Virus record (IMG/VR): IMGVR_UViG_3300031949_000035 | Location: 1 to 61,516 of that record | Reading direction: 5' to 3' (one strand) | From: a virus | Lineage: Duplodnaviria > Caudoviricetes | DNA length: 61,516 nt | Shown here: piece after piece, positions 10,055 to 20,258 of the stretch | How positions within the stretch are numbered: position 1 is the first letter of the stretch | Layout: each line of letters opens with the position of its first letter | Notes under the pieces: model-generated | Told to the model about the DNA's origin: nothing | What the model saw: the letters and a program-made list of their open reading frames with translations, nothing else | Database searches by the model: none | Translations under genes and position numbers: made by a program

Positions 10055-11073
10055 TGAAACTCCTTTTGTCTTTTGCCCTGGGTATAATGGAATAACGCCT
10101 TATTGGCTGTAACTCCCCAGGAATAAGGCAGAATGTTCCAAATCGCCGCCAAGGTGCTCCACGAATAAGGGAAAACATTCCAAACTTCTTCCGTCAGGTT
10201 AAGGGCAAAAACCTGCACCCTGCTTGTAGAGGGGCTGCCGTTGTCGGCGTTGTCGGTTACGTAAATTTCGCCGCCTGCTATTGCACAATTCAGTGGCGAA
10301 TTCGATGCACCTTGGAAATATCCGTCGCCAGTGCCGTAATTCCCGGAAGCATGGACAAATTCCACTGCATTGCCGTTGCTATCCAAAACCCATAACAAAT
10401 GGCTGCCGCCCCCGGCGGCCGGCCCACCATCACATACGTAAAAACCCCCGTTTGTGTGTGCTATTCCAAACAATTGATGGAATATTTTACCGCCAAGTGT
10501 TGGTTCCCATGTGCCGGTTAAAGCCCCGGTTGTTTTGTCTAAAAGTAATATGCGCCCCGTGGGAGTAGCGTTATAGGATGTGGCGTAAACAGTGTCCCCC
10601 ACGACAACGCAATCAGTTGTGTTATTGATTCCGCCGCCACCGGTTAAATCCCGTTGCCAGACCCCGCTTAAATCGTGGACTGCGATTTTGGACGTCCCCG
10701 GCAAGCAAATATATAGCTCGGAGTTGAAAAGAGAAATACCGGCAGGCCCGGTCCCTACTCCAAAACTTCCCGCCGAGGCCACGCTTGCGGGATTAGAGAT
10801 ATCATATTTTAAGACATTGACATTAGAGTAACATGACACGTACGCGATATTGTTCACGCTATCTATATGTATCTGTCGCCCTAAATTAGGCAGCCCCCAC
10901 TCTCCGACATAGACCCCGGACGTATCCGTTATTAAAACCCTTGAGTCCGTTTCGGCAACCATATAGACGTTGCCTTGCCCTGTATGGACGCCTATACCGT
11001 GCGGTAGAGTGAAACTCCCAAGCGAATAACCGGATACAGCAGGCCCCCATTTGCGGCTATAGGCAACGGTCAT
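10051..11073 (-). CDS. NHL/beta-propeller receptor-binding-like protein
   Basis: GSFTLPHGIGV, GPAGISL and IYVTD...RVQVF NHL-type blades. Confidence 0.7.
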   Translation of the reverse strand: MTVAYSRKWGPAVSGYSLGSFTLPHGIGVHTGQGNVYMVAETDSRVLITDTSGVYVGEWGLPNLGRQIHIDSVNNIAYVSCYSNVNVLKYDISNPASVASAGSFGVGTGPAGISLFNSELYICLPGTSKIAVHDLSGVWQRDLTGGGGINNTTDCVVVGDTVYATSYNATPTGRILLLDKTTGALTGTWEPTLGGKIFHQLFGIAHTNGGFYVCDGGPAAGGGSHLLWVLDSNGNAVEFVHASGNYGTGDGYFQGASNSPLNCAIAGGEIYVTDNADNGSPSTSRVQVFALNLTEEVWNVFPYSWSTLAAIWNILPYSWGVTANKALFHYTQGKRQKEFQ

Positions 11074-11561
11074 GGCACCCTATCCCCTATTACCGCAAGT
11101 TCGCCCGCGTCCACGGCTAATGTCGAAGTCCCGGCATCTACTACAAGTTTAAGCCACAGCCTCTGTTTTGTTCCGGCTGTCCAGGGCGTTGACAACGCAA
11201 TTCCGGTCGCCCTTGAAACAGCGGTATTATAAAAAGTAAGACCCGTTGGAGCCGTTAATTCATTCGCTATCGATTGCGTTGCCACGGAATCAAACGCGAG
11301 CCAGACCTCGGTAGTCGCCGAAGTCGTGGCCGATGATCTGAACAAGGCCGCATCTGTAATAGATTTGCCGCCATGTTCGTTCTTGGCATCAACGGCCCTG
11401 TATTTTACTATTCCTGACGCGGCCTCGGTTGAGGTTATGTTGCCGAATAAACTATTGATTGAAATCCCGCATTCGTTGGCCGTGGCGGAGCCGCCGAGGG
11501 AAGCCACGGCAGTGCCGCCGCCTGTATAATAAAACTTTATCATTGTCGCGTCTAACGGCAT
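11070..11561 (-). CDS. Virion structural protein (paralogue of 14630-15148)
   Basis: Shares YTGG..SLGG, LF.....E..SG...YR.VD and ATG.AL motifs. Confidence 0.6.
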   Translation of the reverse strand: MPLDATMIKFYYTGGGTAVASLGGSATANECGISINSLFGNITSTEAASGIVKYRAVDAKNEHGGKSITDAALFRSSATTSATTEVWLAFDSVATQSIANELTAPTGLTFYNTAVSRATGIALSTPWTAGTKQRLWLKLVVDAGTSTLAVDAGELAVIGDRVP

Positions 11562-11914
11562 CAGTTTATCCTTATGCTGTCTTTAACCGAGTTACTTGAG
11601 GTCCCGCTTGGCCCAAACTCTTTAGCCCTGGGCTTGCTTATAAACTCGTGCCCGGCATTGCCGTCCACGAATTTGTCGAGAATGTTATAAGAAAAATCAT
11701 GACTTGATGTCAGATACCCCAAAATGTTATAAGAAAAATCATGACTTGATGTCAGATACCCCAAAATGTTATAAGAAAAATCATGATTCCCGGTTATTGG
11801 AACCGTTATGTTATAGGAAAAATCATGGTCCTCGGTTACTGGAACCGTTATGTTATAGGAAAAATCATGACTTATGGTAACGTCAGGATTTTGTGATAGT
11901 AGGATAAGGCTCAT
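11561..11914 (-). CDS. Small fibre-like protein with five 14-aa HDFSYNI repeats
   Basis: Translation and 42-bp tandem units. Confidence 0.7.
   Translation of the reverse strand: MSLILLSQNPDVTISHDFSYNITVPVTEDHDFSYNITVPITGNHDFSYNILGYLTSSHDFSYNILGYLTSSHDFSYNILDKFVDGNAGHEFISKPRAKEFGPSGTSSNSVKDSIRIN
11681..11872. repeat. 42-bp coding tandem repeat, 5 cores
   Basis: ATGTTATA(A/G)GAAAAATCATG recurs every 42 bp; two units are identical. Confidence 0.9.
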
Positions 11915-12081
11915 TGCCCTTCATCACCTTCTCCTATCCCTTTATCACCTTTTCCCATGGTGCCGAATGCAACTGCTTTTTTTAATTCCACGACAAATTC
12001 GGCATCAGCACCCTTGATTTGGGCATTATTGATCAAGTTCATAATAACGGACTGGTGTTCTTTTTTATCAAAAATCATCAT
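11911..12081 (-). CDS. Hypothetical 56-aa protein (MMIFDKKEHQ...)
   Basis: AGGAG SD; stop overlaps the next start (ATGA); below the ORF-track cutoff. Confidence 0.65.
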   Translation of the reverse strand: MMIFDKKEHQSVIMNLINNAQIKGADAEFVVELKKAVAFGTMGKGDKGIGEGDEGQ

Positions 12082-12086
12082 TTCTC

Positions 12087-12320
12087 CTATGTTAAATTGA
12101 TTTTGGCCGTACCTTCGGATTCGCCGTTAGTTAAAATTACCAACATCTTGTCGCCAATCCTTTGGACGGCATATACAAGATTGTTACCTTCTAAATCCCG
12201 CACATATTCAATAGTTGGAGTGCCATCCGATCTGCGGATATTTATAATCCATGTTGCTTCGGGTTGATTATAACCGGTTTGGAATGTTGCCGAAAATGGG
12301 AGATTAGGGTTGTATGTCAT
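12087..12320 (-). CDS. Hypothetical protein
   Basis: GGAGG SD, operon context. Confidence 0.6.
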   Translation of the reverse strand: MTYNPNLPFSATFQTGYNQPEATWIINIRRSDGTPTIEYVRDLEGNNLVYAVQRIGDKMLVILTNGESEGTAKINLT

Positions 12321-12374
12321 GCCGCCTCCAATGTATGGATACGTTCGTAATTGGGCTTCAAGTGTTGCCCAGGG

Positions 12375-14039
12375 TTATGTTATTGATTTAAAAGAATCCA
12401 TTTTGGTCTTTAACTCCTGCACTGCCTTGACAAGCATTGCAGTTATCCCACGGTCATAAATGCCCCATGCCTCTGCCCCATCTGGCCTTATACTCTTTAC
12501 CCCGGTTTCGGGCGATACCGCATGTACTTCCTGAGCGTAAAAACCGAGTTGCCTATTAATATCCTTCCCGTCTTGCCAGTAAAAATAACGTGGGACAAGT
12601 TTCATTATCTTATCAAGTCCGTTTTCAATAAAACCATCGTCAAGTTTTAAATTGGCATCGGAGGAGCTTGAAAGAACCCCACTTGCATCAAATGATGCCG
12701 TTCCAGCCCCGTATGCGGACATGGTAATAATCCCATTATTATTTATGTTCATGCGCAAAGTTCCTACAGCCGTCGTAGTATTTGCTGCCGTAAAGAATCT
12801 AATAACCGTGGCGGCATTGTGTAGAGCAACCCCCCCGCCGATGTCAACCCTGTTATCTACACCGTCGCTAACCGAATATACTACTGCTAACGGTTCTTCC
12901 GCATTCAGATAATGAACCATGCCTATTGTAGCAGTCTTAGCGGTACTATCGGTTCTGCTTGTTGCGCCGATATCCGCGCCGAGGCGGATTGTGTCGAGCA
13001 AGCTATAACCAGCAGCCCCATACGCTACATCTAATTTCCCCCCCGGGCTCGCCGTCCCGATGCCGACGTTGCCAGTATCCCCTTCATAAACAAACCCATT
13101 AGTATTTATAGTAAAATCATCACCCGTCCCCCCTCCAATAAAGACGGGGAGGGCGGCATTAGGAGCGGTTATGGAGTACCCGGCCATGACAAGGTTGCCG
13201 CCCATGTTTAGGGCGGAAAGAGTCCCGACGCTTGTAAGAGAAGACGCCACGACGGCGGAACCAAGCGTGGTAGCATTTAAAACAGATACATTGTTGATTT
13301 TATAGTCAAGCCCGGAAGTTAAATTCCATGCCTGATTCGAGGTCCAGTTATCATTTGGATTGTCCCAAAGTATGGTTTTGTTTGTTGCCCCCAGAAGTGT
13401 GATCCCGCCGCCATCGGCTGTGATATCAGTCGGTACTCCAACATTCCCCATCGAGATATTTGCATCCGCGACATTCAGCGTTGAGGTGTTGATGGTGGTG
13501 GTAGTACCTGATACCGTGAGGTCGTTTACAATATTGACCGAGCCGGTTGCGCTGCCAAGGCTTAAAGGGTTTGCGCCCATTGACGCGCCTATAGCCAATG
13601 TTCCGGCTCCGCTGACATCGATTGACCCGTTTGTCGTTATGACCGGCGCAATAAGTGTTGCTCCGTTATTTAATACCAACAATCCGCTGCCTGTCTCATC
13701 TGAAATCTTTCCCGCCAATTCAGCGCTTGTTGATGCGGCAAAATCAGATATCTTGTTCGCGGTTGTGGCAAGAGTCCCCGTTGTCGGTAAAGTAATATTG
13801 GTCGGGGCCGTGGAAGTAAGCGTAACCGCGCTTGTCCCGGATGTTTCCAGGTTGCCGCCAAGAGTTAAATTCCCTTTTAAATCGACGGTTCTCTCTTGGT
13901 TATTTGGTTTTATGTTAAAATTAAGATTAGCGGTTATGTCTTCGTTGCAAACCAACGTAAGGGTTTGTCCGCCGTCCGTATCTTCCAGTGCCAATCCAGT
14001 ATTGGCGAATGTCCCCGATTGGTAATAATAAGTCCCCAT
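12375..14039 (-). CDS. Tail fibre with C-terminal intramolecular chaperone (peptidase S74)
   Basis: GNVGIGT.SP..KLDV fibre motif; SSDANLK, LGFYAQEV and LVKAVQEL S74 motifs. Confidence 0.9.
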   Translation of the reverse strand: MGTYYYQSGTFANTGLALEDTDGGQTLTLVCNEDITANLNFNIKPNNQERTVDLKGNLTLGGNLETSGTSAVTLTSTAPTNITLPTTGTLATTANKISDFAASTSAELAGKISDETGSGLLVLNNGATLIAPVITTNGSIDVSGAGTLAIGASMGANPLSLGSATGSVNIVNDLTVSGTTTTINTSTLNVADANISMGNVGVPTDITADGGGITLLGATNKTILWDNPNDNWTSNQAWNLTSGLDYKINNVSVLNATTLGSAVVASSLTSVGTLSALNMGGNLVMAGYSITAPNAALPVFIGGGTGDDFTINTNGFVYEGDTGNVGIGTASPGGKLDVAYGAAGYSLLDTIRLGADIGATSRTDSTAKTATIGMVHYLNAEEPLAVVYSVSDGVDNRVDIGGGVALHNAATVIRFFTAANTTTAVGTLRMNINNNGIITMSAYGAGTASFDASGVLSSSSDANLKLDDGFIENGLDKIMKLVPRYFYWQDGKDINRQLGFYAQEVHAVSPETGVKSIRPDGAEAWGIYDRGITAMLVKAVQELKTKMDSFKSIT

Positions 14040-14054
14040 AGGTAAATCTCCAAA

Positions 14055-14609
14055 TTACATTTTGTCGTTTGAATACCGCACTACAACACCGGCGTTCCCA
14101 ATGGCTGTTTTGGTTATGTTGGCGTCCGTGATTTCAGCCCTAATAAACTGTGTTGAGGGACCGACTATATAAAAATGGGCTTCCTTGGCCGCCAACTCTC
14201 CGGCGGAAAAAACATGGGTAGCCAGTGTATCCCAATGAACCCTGTCTATACTCCCTTTAATGGTAATGCTTAATGCGGTCACATTTGCCGCAACTCCATC
14301 GTTGAAATAGGCTACAAACGAATGTTCCCTCGTGCCATTAACTTGCACCTCACCAACACTAAACGCTTCGGGAGATGTGTCATTGGCATTATCTTGAAAA
14401 TTTGAAGCGACCGTCAAGGACGCGTCGCTTGCTATCGCCGTTATTTGGCGGATATCGCAAACGCCGCCGACTTCGTTTCTTACCACTAAATAACCGCCAA
14501 CAACCAGTTCGCTTGTAAATAGCGTTCCAACTCCCGTGACCGCGGGTGATGCCGCCGTGTCAATGGCGCCGGTTAAGTCAGTGAATTTAAGCAAATTGGT
14601 ATAGCCCAT
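14055..14609 (-). CDS. Virion structural protein
   Basis: VTGVGTLFTSELVVG...ITAIASDASLTV tail module. Confidence 0.6.
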   Translation of the reverse strand: MGYTNLLKFTDLTGAIDTAASPAVTGVGTLFTSELVVGGYLVVRNEVGGVCDIRQITAIASDASLTVASNFQDNANDTSPEAFSVGEVQVNGTREHSFVAYFNDGVAANVTALSITIKGSIDRVHWDTLATHVFSAGELAAKEAHFYIVGPSTQFIRAEITDANITKTAIGNAGVVVRYSNDKM

Positions 14610-14629
14610 TTAATTTCTCCTTAAAAATT

Positions 14630-15148
14630 TTAGCCGCCATGAGTAATCGAAAACCGTCCCAATTCCGGGTGTTTCCTGACCGCGCCCGCTATGGTCACGC
14701 GCTTAATAAATATTCGCCTTTTATTGGAAGCGGCCATGTCGCCGCCAAGAGCAAGCCCTGTCGCATAAGACGTCAGCGCGGCTTCCGAATAAAACGTAAG
14801 CGCCGCCAGAACAGCTATGTCGGCGGCGGATGTGCCGTAAGCCGACTCAAGACCGGCGCCGCCGCTGGAATCGTAGGCGTAATAAATTGTGGTATCGGCT
14901 CCAGAAACCACGGACGCGAACAGGCGCGGCGAATATCCGGTATCGGCTCCGCTTATATTCTGGTGGTCAATGACCCTGTACTCGGTCTTGCCCGAAACGC
15001 TTTCATCCGGAAGCACGTGGTCAAATAAATCATGCAACGCGGTCCCGACCAAGGTGGTGGAGGTAGAGCCACCGATAGACAAATCGGGGTCTGTGTTCCC
15101 AACTCCGCCGGTCAAATATATTTTTAAATCCGATACTGATAAAGACAT
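14630..15148 (-). CDS. Virion structural protein (paralogue of 11070-11561)
   Basis: YLTGG..SIGG and LFD.V...ES.SG.TEYR motifs. Confidence 0.6.
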   Translation of the reverse strand: MSLSVSDLKIYLTGGVGNTDPDLSIGGSTSTTLVGTALHDLFDHVLPDESVSGKTEYRVIDHQNISGADTGYSPRLFASVVSGADTTIYYAYDSSGGAGLESAYGTSAADIAVLAALTFYSEAALTSYATGLALGGDMAASNKRRIFIKRVTIAGAVRKHPELGRFSITHGG

Positions 15149-15157
15149 GGTCTCACC

Positions 15158-15856
15158 TTAACTGTTAATTAATCTGCCTGTAGCCCCATCCGCTGGAGTT
15201 GCCGGGAACGGTGAATCCACGGTCAAAAACCCCGTGGTGCCGTTGTATGAAATAACGAACCTATCACAGGCCCCGTTCAGCGATAAATCCCCGGACGTAA
15301 ATTGGCAAATCATTTTTTTGTAATGTTCGTCACCGGGCGCCGGAGACAGTGACGGCAAGTTGGTCTTGAACATACCGGCGTTGTTGCCTGCATTGGCGAC
15401 AACCGTGAATGTTTTGTAAACTCGTTCGCTTTTTACACAGCTCTGGGATTCTACCGTTACAAACTCAAGTTGATCAGTTTTGCCCTTAATCGCGGTTGCC
15501 TGAGATTGATATGCGGGGGCATTAATATTAGAATAACCAGTGCCGTCATACTGGGCTTCCAAGTTATCCGCTGCCGAGGAATCTTCCGATATTTGGAACG
15601 CGTTGACATGCTGGATGTTAAATATTTCCGCCGCCGTCAATGGCACTGCGTCCGCTGTTTTCCACAACACAAAACCCTCGAATCCGGGCGTTACGATGCC
15701 GCTATCCACCCAATATAAAGATGTTCCGGCCGTGGCGTCTATAACTTCCTCGGTGACGCCGGTGGTGGTCCAATCTGGATCGACAACCCCGCCCTTTGTC
15801 TTTATTTTATAGGAGACGGTTTTCCCCGAAGGGAAACCAATAATAGATAAAAGCAT
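15158..15856 (-). CDS. Virion structural protein
   Basis: Beta-rich, late operon, SD present. Confidence 0.5.
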   Translation of the reverse strand: MLLSIIGFPSGKTVSYKIKTKGGVVDPDWTTTGVTEEVIDATAGTSLYWVDSGIVTPGFEGFVLWKTADAVPLTAAEIFNIQHVNAFQISEDSSAADNLEAQYDGTGYSNINAPAYQSQATAIKGKTDQLEFVTVESQSCVKSERVYKTFTVVANAGNNAGMFKTNLPSLSPAPGDEHYKKMICQFTSGDLSLNGACDRFVISYNGTTGFLTVDSPFPATPADGATGRLINS

Positions 15857-15870
15857 ATACTCCCCATTAT

Positions 15871-16710
15871 TTACTCTAACCAGCCCTCAAAATATGCCGC
15901 GCAAATGGCATTCGCCGTACCGGAATCGCTAACCGCTGAAATTTTGATATCGGCAGTGGCCGGAACTTTTATTGGAATTAATATTTCCCCACCGCCGGCG
16001 CCATCCTGCGCTATGGCAATTTTTTTAAATTGAAAAATACCGGGGCTTAAATTCCCTTTATGATCGCTTGTAGACCTTAACGTAAATTCTCCAAACTTCC
16101 CCGATGCCGCGCCGCCGACCCCCGCGTTCCAATTGACAATATATGCAGTCTTCCCGGCCGGCACGGTAAATATCGCGCACCTGGAGTAATTTCCTCCGGC
16201 GGTTATTTGCGCATAAGTAGCCGTGCCTGCGATATCGGTCAATATAATGGTTCCATCCGCCATGCCGCCTGAACCGGCAGTCTCGGTATGCAATTTCTGG
16301 ACTCTCAATATATTCGTCGCCACGGTATTAACGGGCGTGATGCCGTTCATTGTAATAGTCTCGGATTGCGGAGCATGTGTATTATCCAAATAATCGATAT
16401 CAACCGTTCTTACCCCGGTGCCCGCCACGGCATCATTCGCGGAACTGGACGTGATTTTCATTTGGATTCCACCTGCCGGCGGAAATATATATGTACCCCC
16501 GAATTCAATTAAATCTTCTCGGATATTGTCAATATCGGGGTTATATCCCAGCGCGAAAAAAACTTCATGCCCGGATATATTCCCAACGGCGATATCATAA
16601 AGATACGGCATGGAAGAAACCCTGGGTTTATTCGCGGCATGTTTGACCCCATAAGACGCGCCGGTAGTGTCTATGAATTTAATAGCGTCCGTTATGATAT
16701 TCGCGGCCAT
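15871..16710 (-). CDS. Virion structural protein
   Basis: SSSANDA..GTG.RTV...YLD and FTVPAGKTAY motifs typical of phage structural proteins. Confidence 0.6.
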   Translation of the reverse strand: MAANIITDAIKFIDTTGASYGVKHAANKPRVSSMPYLYDIAVGNISGHEVFFALGYNPDIDNIREDLIEFGGTYIFPPAGGIQMKITSSSANDAVAGTGVRTVDIDYLDNTHAPQSETITMNGITPVNTVATNILRVQKLHTETAGSGGMADGTIILTDIAGTATYAQITAGGNYSRCAIFTVPAGKTAYIVNWNAGVGGAASGKFGEFTLRSTSDHKGNLSPGIFQFKKIAIAQDGAGGGEILIPIKVPATADIKISAVSDSGTANAICAAYFEGWLE

Positions 16711-16723
16711 GGTGTACTTTCTT

Positions 16724-17683
16724 TTATGTGTTTGTTGTCATGATATTAACGGGAACCCACTCCCTGGGTCCTGAATTGTTCTGGTCTTCAACCGTTTTAG
16801 CTAATTCTCGATAAATTTTGTCCCATCGCGCTTGCTCGTTATTAGCGCGTAACTGGATAAAGCCGCGCAGGGTCGCTCCCGCAATTATGGCCTGGTAATA
16901 TTTCTTGTCTATATATTCTTCATCGTTCGGGTTTGATAGAGAGTTAGGGAGGGCATAGTAAGCGGCAATTAAGTGCTCTTTTGAGTTTGTGGCCGTAGGC
17001 AACGAGCCAGATGGGGTAATAGAGCCTGTATCCGTATAGGTTGACACATCTGCCACGGATGCAATTAACTGCTCAAGTCCGGATGCCCTCCCATAAACTT
17101 TGTATCCCGTGGCGTCGTCAACTTTTGTCCAGTTCACGACAACGCCGTTGGAACCGCCGGTGACTGTGATATCTGTTTCCGTGGAGGCCAGGCTTTCGCC
17201 TCCGCCAAGAGTAGCGGATACTCTGTAATAATACGTCCCTGCCGCAAGTGTGCCCGTGGTTTCGACAAAAGCCGAATTAACGGGCGTCTTGATATCGGTC
17301 AATGTAGCCGGGATCGCGTCCAGGTAAAAAGTGTCGCCAAGCACTTTGTAATTATCGGGGGCGGAAGCCCTTACATAGGGATAACATCTGTCAAATTCAA
17401 AGTCTGAACGAGGTGACAGAACCCTGGTGCTGCCGGCCGCTGCCGCCACGTATTTGACATTTTTCCAGACGCCGGAGAAGCGATTTGTCGCGAGCCCGCC
17501 ATCAAAAGTATACGAAGACACGCCGGTTGAAATAGGGAAGGTCCTGGTCTTCACCATCCAGTTAAAAGACCTGGCCTGGCACAAATCTTCTCTTATTTTA
17601 TTGATCCAGCCCTTGACCTCGGTAACTAAGGACTGGTCGGCTATGTTCGATATTACTTCTCGTTGTTGGTCAAGGAAATTCAT
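16724..17683 (-). CDS. Head-tail adaptor with inserted FN3/Ig-like domain
   Basis: WIN...DLC..RSFNW adaptor N-terminus; YYYRVSA...GES, W.KV..ATGYKVY and TYTDTG FN3-like insert. Confidence 0.7.
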   Translation of the reverse strand: MNFLDQQREVISNIADQSLVTEVKGWINKIREDLCQARSFNWMVKTRTFPISTGVSSYTFDGGLATNRFSGVWKNVKYVAAAAGSTRVLSPRSDFEFDRCYPYVRASAPDNYKVLGDTFYLDAIPATLTDIKTPVNSAFVETTGTLAAGTYYYRVSATLGGGESLASTETDITVTGGSNGVVVNWTKVDDATGYKVYGRASGLEQLIASVADVSTYTDTGSITPSGSLPTATNSKEHLIAAYYALPNSLSNPNDEEYIDKKYYQAIIAGATLRGFIQLRANNEQARWDKIYRELAKTVEDQNNSGPREWVPVNIMTTNT

Positions 17684-18291
17684 TTGGGCGCGTTTCCCTC
17701 AAAAATCGCTAATTTCTTTTCTTCGATTCTTTGCCCTTTTGCCCAGCGGTGTTTCTTCCCCCAAACTATGCGTTTTCTGTCTCTGTACGTACTGTCTTTA
17801 TATTTCGCCGCAAGCTCCCAGTACACGGGGTCAATCTTAGCGCGTTCGCCCACGCAATTCACATTAATTCCCATGGCCCTCATAATAGCGGCAATGCTGG
17901 TGCCCTCTGCTTTGGCCAGTTCAAGGAATATGGGCTCAATCTCCGCCACTGTATACTCGCTTGCCTGTTTTTCTTCAACAACACAGGCGGAAATAACCTC
18001 GTGTTTGTGAGAGACAATGTCAGAAACGATATCCGGGGCAGCGTTGACGGCGGCCACGGCAAGGTCGAGTTCAGCAACGGGAATGGATATGTTGGATATA
18101 TGCCGTGATGTATCCACGGCTTGCTCCTTTATTTTGGTTCCGCTTTCTTGCGTTATTTGTCCAATAGGTTTTTCGCCAAGCAAGGCCCCGTCTTTAGAAC
18201 ATGGATACAAATCCATCATTTTTGCAATAAACGGTTGTACAACATAGACGTGGTTTTCGTTCAGCTTTCTGACGTATTGAACGGCGCCCAT
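17680..18291 (-). CDS. Hypothetical protein
   Basis: AGGAG SD, late operon. Confidence 0.6.
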   Translation of the reverse strand: MGAVQYVRKLNENHVYVVQPFIAKMMDLYPCSKDGALLGEKPIGQITQESGTKIKEQAVDTSRHISNISIPVAELDLAVAAVNAAPDIVSDIVSHKHEVISACVVEEKQASEYTVAEIEPIFLELAKAEGTSIAAIMRAMGINVNCVGERAKIDPVYWELAAKYKDSTYRDRKRIVWGKKHRWAKGQRIEEKKLAIFEGNAPK

Positions 18292-18322
18292 TCAATTCTC
18301 CTTCTTTTAAAGTTTAGAATTA

Positions 18323-18347
18323 GGGAGAGGGCACAAAGCCCCCTCCC
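18323..18347 (-). terminator. Hairpin after capsid/decoration genes
   Basis: GGGAGAGGGC-ACAAA-GCCCCCTCCC inverted repeat; weak U tract. Confidence 0.45.
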
Positions 18348-18363
18348 GTAAAAATGTTGATTA

Positions 18364-18783
18364 TCAGACAGTGGAAAGTACCGGCGCACTGCCGCTAACG
18401 GTCTGGTTATACAACTCAAACGCTACCCACGCCGTGCCATTCCATATCAAATGGGCTACCTCTCCAGCGGTTGTAAATGTGAGAGTGTTATCCCCCGTTG
18501 AGAATGTACCCGTAAGAACTCCTGACCCGCCGTCTACAACGTGGACAATTTTTTTTATCTGCCCTATCGTTGTTGCCGCCGCCAAAGTCAGGGCTTGCGC
18601 TACTCCAGTGCTGGTGAAATTGGTTAAATATTCCGTAAGAGTGATTGCACCGGCGCCACTCAAGGCTTGTGCGGGCGTAGACACAATTACAGGGTAAATA
18701 ACATTAGCGGGAATAGACGATATACTGCCCCTGATTTTAACATCGCCGACGATCTCGTTCATATTTTCAGATTCTCTCGCCAT
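18364..18783 (-). CDS. Capsid decoration-like protein
   Basis: Small Ala/Thr/Gly beta protein (LIWNGTAW) downstream of the capsid gene. Confidence 0.55.
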   Translation of the reverse strand: MARESENMNEIVGDVKIRGSISSIPANVIYPVIVSTPAQALSGAGAITLTEYLTNFTSTGVAQALTLAAATTIGQIKKIVHVVDGGSGVLTGTFSTGDNTLTFTTAGEVAHLIWNGTAWVAFELYNQTVSGSAPVLSTV

Positions 18784-18792
18784 AGTCCCTCC

Positions 18793-19248
18793 TTAGGATA
18801 AGTCCGTGAAATGCGCGATGAATCTTACCTTGCCCGCTAATAGGGTCCCGGTCGCGCAAAGCAGGTCAATGGTGTCGGCTTCGGTAAACATGTGTCCGCC
18901 GGCGGCTATAATGGCTTCGGCCGCAGCTGCGCTACCGGAATGATATATGGTCCCGGCAACCGCGTTAATATCCGCGCCATCGATGAATTTATCAACATCG
19001 CCGCCGGTCAGCCCAATATCGATGGTGGACGCGCCACCTTCGGCGACAAGAACTTCCGCTGTCATTTTATTGAGCAGTTGTTTTGCTTTTACGTCAAACA
19101 GCGGGGCGACATTATTCCCGGCAGCAGACATATTGTATAGGGTATTGGAAAAGTCGACAATATAATCCATGACATAATCTATGGATTTTGAAGAAAAAGG
19201 CTTGGCTCCCGCACCCGGCGCCTTTACATTAGAATTAGTTCCAGCCAT
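18793..19248 (-). CDS. Capsid cement/decoration protein
   Basis: IDIG..GGDVDKFIDG.D and DTID....G....GKVR; immediately after the capsid gene. Confidence 0.65.
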   Translation of the reverse strand: MAGTNSNVKAPGAGAKPFSSKSIDYVMDYIVDFSNTLYNMSAAGNNVAPLFDVKAKQLLNKMTAEVLVAEGGASTIDIGLTGGDVDKFIDGADINAVAGTIYHSGSAAAAEAIIAAGGHMFTEADTIDLLCATGTLLAGKVRFIAHFTDLS

Positions 19249-19281
19249 AACGTTACTCCTTATTAGTAGTTAATAAAATGG

Positions 19282-20226
19282 TTAGATGGTGCAATAAACA
19301 TCCGCCAAGGCGTTGGGATTTACAACACTAAACCCAAAACTTACACGATCGCGGTGAAATTCTCCATATACGTGTATGTCCGTGAGGTTCATGTTGTGGT
19401 CTGTTAATTGCGCGGCGAAGGTAGTAGCGCTTTTGTGCCCCACTTTCATGTGATAGCAAATTTTACCGCTACCATCGGCAATAGGCACATAGTTGTTGGA
19501 GACATATATTTGCAGGCCATCAATGGTTTCTCCTATTCTGCCATTGCTGTCCAACAACCACGACCGCGTTTTTCCGCTAAAGGAAGCATCTTTCAAGTCA
19601 GACAGTTTCAGCATGGAAGCTATGGGTATAGGCAAAACCGCAAAGCACTGGTCATTGGGGATGTCTTGTTCCGCAAGAACGGCTCTCGCATAGACAAGGT
19701 TATCCAACACGTTGGCTTTGGTAAAAATCAGCGGCGTGCCGGAAACACCCATGTTATAACTGCCCGAAATAACGCCTGCGGTCGCGCCCTTGTTGGCGGC
19801 GGGAACGCTGGTATAGGTTTCGTTAAGAACAATTCTATCTATCTTGATGGTGGACGCCTTGGAACCATCGCTCATCATGACCTGGGTTAGGTCCTTGTGG
19901 TGGGTCTGTCGCAACATCAACGTCCGGGTTTCAACGGCATACTCCACCTGCCTGTCGATTTTTAGCGATCTCCGGACGGCTTCAGGGCGCTGGTAGTTGA
20001 CTTCCTGCCCTTCGACAACCTCGGTGGCGACAATGGAGGGGATGTCATCGATATAGACTATCGATCCCCTCCCTTTTAAGTCACCCTCCCAATTGGTATT
20101 CGTGGTTTCGGTCAGGTGCGTGTTTTTGTAAAACTTCACATTGAACTTTGCGGAATACTCTTCGGGGGAATAATCCCCAAAATTAGAGGACGTATAGTCC
20201 GCTGTGGTAGGCATATAAGACGGCAT
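19282..20226 (-). CDS. Major capsid protein (HK97 fold)
   Basis: PEEYSAK...FY, NTNWEGDLK..GS.V.I, GRIG..DGLQIYVSN, FG.SVVNPNAL; synteny. Confidence 0.9.
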   Translation of the reverse strand: MPSYMPTTADYTSSNFGDYSPEEYSAKFNVKFYKNTHLTETTNTNWEGDLKGRGSIVYIDDIPSIVATEVVEGQEVNYQRPEAVRRSLKIDRQVEYAVETRTLMLRQTHHKDLTQVMMSDGSKASTIKIDRIVLNETYTSVPAANKGATAGVISGSYNMGVSGTPLIFTKANVLDNLVYARAVLAEQDIPNDQCFAVLPIPIASMLKLSDLKDASFSGKTRSWLLDSNGRIGETIDGLQIYVSNNYVPIADGSGKICYHMKVGHKSATTFAAQLTDHNMNLTDIHVYGEFHRDRVSFGFSVVNPNALADVYCTI

Positions 20227-20258
20227 TAGTTTTCCCTTTCTTTAAACAAAAAACACCA

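Noticed and set aside
11681-11872. CRISPR-like repeat/spacer pattern
   Set aside because: The period is 42 bp and in frame, the 'spacers' are duplicated, it encodes HDFSYNI repeats, and there are no cas genes.
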